A stretch of 64,000 nt of DNA from Tenacibaculum sp. (GTDB lineage Bacteria; Bacteroidota; Bacteroidia; Flavobacteriales; Flavobacteriaceae). The position numbers were made by a program, and so were the translations under genes. The notes beneath the pieces are model-generated. The model was given only the letters and a program-made list of their open reading frames with translations. It was not told where the DNA came from and made no database searches. Shown one piece after another: positions 60,864 through 64,000 of the stretch. Where the stretch lies: the NCBI GenBank assembly GCA_018456245.1, contig JAGYHQ010000001.1, forward strand, positions 134,693 to 198,692. The letters are read 5' to 3'. The first letter of the stretch is position 1; each line of letters begins with the position of its first letter.

Positions 60864-60921
60864 AATTTGTTACTTCAATTCAACTTAAAAAATAACATCT
60901 TTTTTACTGATATTCCTAACG

Positions 60922-60995
60922 TGACCTCGGCGGGACTCGAACCCACAACCCTCAGAGCCGAAATCTGATATTCTATCCAATTGAACTACGAGGCC
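60922..60995 (-). tRNA. tRNA-Arg(TCG)
   Basis: Acceptor GGCCTCG/CGAGGTC, anticodon arm tcaga-ttTCGgc-tctga, TTCGA T-loop. Confidence 0.93.
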
Positions 60996-61014
60996 TAAAA
61001 ACATTTTTAGATCT

Positions 61015-62847
61015 TTAATCTACATTATCATGTAAAAATGAATTATTAGATTTTAAAGGAAAATCACTTGAATCAGTCTTCAAAATTGTTTTAGTTTTAC
61101 TAATTTCATTAGTAACTTCAACATCAAGTCCTTTTCTTTTAAAAGCTGGCTCTCTTTCTATTTCCTCAATATTTTCGTTTACTTTATATGAAAATTTGTA
61201 ATTAAATTTTTTCATTTTTTGTAAACGCTCCTCTGATCTACTTTGTAATTCAGCAATTGTTAAACTTAACGGTGAAACCTCTTCATTATTCTTTTTAGTA
61301 TAAGTAACAGATTCTTGTGGTTTTGTAGAAACCTTAAACTGTAACTCTTCCTCCTCTATTTTTACATTGGTATTTGAAAAACCTGAATTTTTATTAATAT
61401 CTGATTTTAAATCTGAGTCATCTAACGTAAAACGTTTTTCTACAACAATTTCTTGCCCTAAAGTAAGGTTATTATTAACTGTTTTTGTTGATGTTAAATT
61501 ATTTGATTTAACATTATCATCTTTTAAAGGAAAATTAAATAATAATTCTTGCCCATTATCAACAGGAATTTCCTCTTCAATAATTTCTTCTTTTTTAGTT
61601 ACGTTTGTAATAACAAAATCATCAAAAATACCATTATCACCCTCTTCTTCCGTTAAAATATTATTTTTTTTTATAACCTCATTTTCCTCTATTGTTTCTA
61701 ATTTAGGTTGTTCTTCTAAATTAAAAACTACTTTTTCTTTTTTTAAAGTACTTTCATTAGTTGATAAAGGTGAATTTACATTCTTACTTACCTTATTAAC
61801 ACTCTCTTGCTCATCTCCTAAAGAATGAACTGTTATTTGTGGGTTAGCATCAATAATTGTACTTTGTTGATCTGCTGGAAAACCAGTAGCAACAACAGTT
61901 ACTGCAATACCATCTTCTAAGCTTTCATCCTCACCAACCCCCATAATAATATTCGCTTCATGCCCTGCTTCATCTTGTATATAATCATTAATTTCTCCTA
62001 TTTCATCTAACGTAACTTCCTTAGTTCCTGAAACAATTAATAATAAAACATTCTTAGCTCCTGTAATTTTATTGTCATTTAATAATGGAGAATCTAACGC
62101 ATTAATAATTGCATTTTTAGCTCTATCATCTCCTGATTCTCTTGCAGATCCCATTATAGCTGTTCCACTTTTTGACAATACAGTTTTAGCATCATGTAAA
62201 TCTATATTTTGTTTATAATGATGCGTAATAACCTCTGCAATTCCCTTTGCTGCAGTTGCCAAAACTTCATCTGCTTTAGAGAAACCTGCCTTAAAGCCAA
62301 GGTTTCCATAAACTTCTCTTAATTTATTATTATTTATAACAATTAAAGAATCTACATTTGCTCTTAACTCATTAATTCCATTTTCAGCCTGTTTAGTACG
62401 CATTCTTCCTTCAAAAGCAAATGGCATAGTTACAATACCAACCGTTAAAATATCCATATCTTTAGCTATCTTAGCTATAATTGGTGCCGCACCAGTACCT
62501 GTTCCTCCTCCCATACCAGCGGTAATAAATACCATTTTAGTATGAGAACCTAACATATTCTCTATATCTTGAATACTCTCTGCAGCTGCTTGCGCACCAA
62601 TTTCAGGATTTGCTCCTGCTCCTAAACCAGAAGTTAAATGTGCTCCTAATTGAATTTTATTTGGTATTGGACTATTTTCTAACGCTTGTGAATCTGTATT
62701 GCAAATTACAAAATCAACACCATGAATTTGTTTACTATACATGTGATTAACAGCATTGCTACCTCCTCCACCTACACCAATAACTTTAATTGCATTAGAT
62801 TGTGTTTTTGGCATATTAAACGAAATTTCATCAAATTCTGCACTCAT
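61015..62847 (-). CDS. ftsZ: Cell division protein FtsZ with long C-terminal linker
   Basis: VGGGGSNAVN, GAGANPE and AGMGGGTGTG tubulin signature, NIDLHDA, and C-terminal EPAFKR...FLHDNVD. Confidence 0.98.
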   Translation of the reverse strand: MSAEFDEISFNMPKTQSNAIKVIGVGGGGSNAVNHMYSKQIHGVDFVICNTDSQALENSPIPNKIQLGAHLTSGLGAGANPEIGAQAAAESIQDIENMLGSHTKMVFITAGMGGGTGTGAAPIIAKIAKDMDILTVGIVTMPFAFEGRMRTKQAENGINELRANVDSLIVINNNKLREVYGNLGFKAGFSKADEVLATAAKGIAEVITHHYKQNIDLHDAKTVLSKSGTAIMGSARESGDDRAKNAIINALDSPLLNDNKITGAKNVLLLIVSGTKEVTLDEIGEINDYIQDEAGHEANIIMGVGEDESLEDGIAVTVVATGFPADQQSTIIDANPQITVHSLGDEQESVNKVSKNVNSPLSTNESTLKKEKVVFNLEEQPKLETIEENEVIKKNNILTEEEGDNGIFDDFVITNVTKKEEIIEEEIPVDNGQELLFNFPLKDDNVKSNNLTSTKTVNNNLTLGQEIVVEKRFTLDDSDLKSDINKNSGFSNTNVKIEEEELQFKVSTKPQESVTYTKKNNEEVSPLSLTIAELQSRSEERLQKMKKFNYKFSYKVNENIEEIEREPAFKRKGLDVEVTNEISKTKTILKTDSSDFPLKSNNSFLHDNVD

Positions 62848-62898
62848 AATATTTTGTTTATTATTTATTTTCTTTATTAATTTAGGGTAACAATACTT

Positions 62899-64000
62899 TT
62901 ATTCTGCATTGTCTAAAAACTCTTTAAAACCATCTATAAACTTATCAAAAAACGATTTTCTTTTTGGTTTATTAATTTTCACTTCTTCTCGATTACCTAT
63001 ATTTTCATCAATTGATAAATTAGAATCTTCCTCAAATATTCGCTCCACTTGTTGATCTTGTTCCTCTTTTTCCTGTTGTTCAAGTCCTTCCAATAATAAA
63101 CCTACAGCTGTTGAAAAATCAGGACTTGATAAAGCCTCATCACTATCACCTGCTAAGTGTTCATTTGGATAACCTATACGGGCATCCATTCCTGTTATAT
63201 ACTCCACTAACTGTCTTAAATGCTTTAATTTTGCTCCTCCTCCTGTTAATACAATGCCAGCTATAAGTTTACCTCTTTGTGTTTCACATCCGTAATTTTT
63301 AATTTCTAAAAATACATGTTCTATAATTTCCTGAACTCTTGCATGAATTATTTTTGATAGATTTTTTAACGTAATTTCTTTCGGTTCACGACCACGAAGC
63401 CCCGGAATAGAAACTACATCTGTATCTTTATTCTCTCCTGGCCACGCACTACCAAATTTTATTTTTAAAAGTTCAGCTTGTTTTTCAATAATTGAACATC
63501 CGTCCTTAATATCTTCAGTAATAACATTTCCTCCAAAAGGAATTACTGCTGTATGACGAATAATTCCGTCTTTAAAAATAGCTAAATCGGTTGTTCCTCC
63601 TCCTATATCTATTAAAGCTACACCCGCTTCTTTTTCTTCTTGACTTAATACTGCTGCCGCTGATGCTAAAGGTTCTAAAGTAATATTCTTTAAATTTAAA
63701 CCCGCACTTTTTATACAACGCCCAACATTTCTAATAGATGCTGTTTGACCAACAACTACGTGAAAATTAGCCTCCAATCGCCCTCCATACATACCTATTG
63801 GCTCTTTAATATCAGGTTGGCTATCTACTTTAAATTCCTGTGGAAGTACGTGTATAATTTCCTCTCCTGGTAACATTACCAATTTATGTACTTGGTTCAC
63901 TAAATCATCAATATCTTTTATCTTAATTATTTCTTCTACATCGGCTCTTGTTATATAATCACTATGGTGTAAACTACGAATGTGTTGCCCTGCAATACCT
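62899..64000 (-). CDS. ftsA: Cell division protein FtsA, 5' truncated by window edge
   Basis: Frame is open to the window end (GIAGQHIRSLHH...). LIDIGGGTTD and LTGGGAKL motifs. Confidence 0.97.
   Translation of the reverse strand, partial: GIAGQHIRSLHHSDYITRADVEEIIKIKDIDDLVNQVHKLVMLPGEEIIHVLPQEFKVDSQPDIKEPIGMYGGRLEANFHVVVGQTASIRNVGRCIKSAGLNLKNITLEPLASAAAVLSQEEKEAGVALIDIGGGTTDLAIFKDGIIRHTAVIPFGGNVITEDIKDGCSIIEKQAELLKIKFGSAWPGENKDTDVVSIPGLRGREPKEITLKNLSKIIHARVQEIIEHVFLEIKNYGCETQRGKLIAGIVLTGGGAKLKHLRQLVEYITGMDARIGYPNEHLAGDSDEALSSPDFSTAVGLLLEGLEQQEKEEQDQQVERIFEEDSNLSIDENIGNREEVKINKPKRKSFFDKFIDGFKEFLDNAE

Noticed and set aside
861-61828. Many short antisense or overlapping ORFs in the six-frame track (for example 861-1070, 10111-10482, 18551-18886, 36785-37267, 61367-61828)
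   Set aside because: They lie inside well-supported genes on another frame or strand and show no recognisable motifs.
61015-61900. Unusually long, acidic, low-complexity FtsZ C-terminal region
   Set aside because: Long linkers are ordinary for Bacteroidota FtsZ; the terminal conserved peptide is intact.
1-64000. CRISPR array, rRNA, IS/transposase, prophage or riboswitch
   Set aside because: I saw no spaced direct-repeat array, rRNA-like sequence, transposase or phage ORF, or recognisable riboswitch core; intergenic gaps are all under about 240 nt.

Overview
AT-rich chromosomal window from a Bacteroidota, Flavobacteriaceae-type genome (Tenacibaculum/Polaribacter-like, inferred from protein sequences, gene order and TAnnTTTG promoter elements). 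Most of it is conserved housekeeping DNA: nif3-like/zinc-ribbon genes, aroE, tandem DUF368, tamB, tsaD, the rpsU-xerC-hpf-tRNA-tuf-tRNA-secE-nusG-rplKAJL-rpoBC super-cluster, uvrA, a fused 2-oxoacid dehydrogenase E1, transporters, and ftsA/ftsZ, plus 6 tRNAs. Accessory content includes a TonB-dependent receptor + ABC cassette (38.9-44.8 kb), several ORFans, and a LOG-family gene interrupted by an in-frame stop. The best candidate for an undescribed system is a two-gene module at 49.2-49.97 kb. A Cys-rich signal-peptide protein ending in IYKPP (candidate ribosome-arrest leader) precedes a signal-peptide-bearing, 20-Cys metallothionein-like protein built from three 24-aa repeats, and the codons just after PP are complementary to the second gene's start codon region. 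No CRISPR array, rRNA, transposase or prophage was recognised. All calls were made by eye, without database searches.
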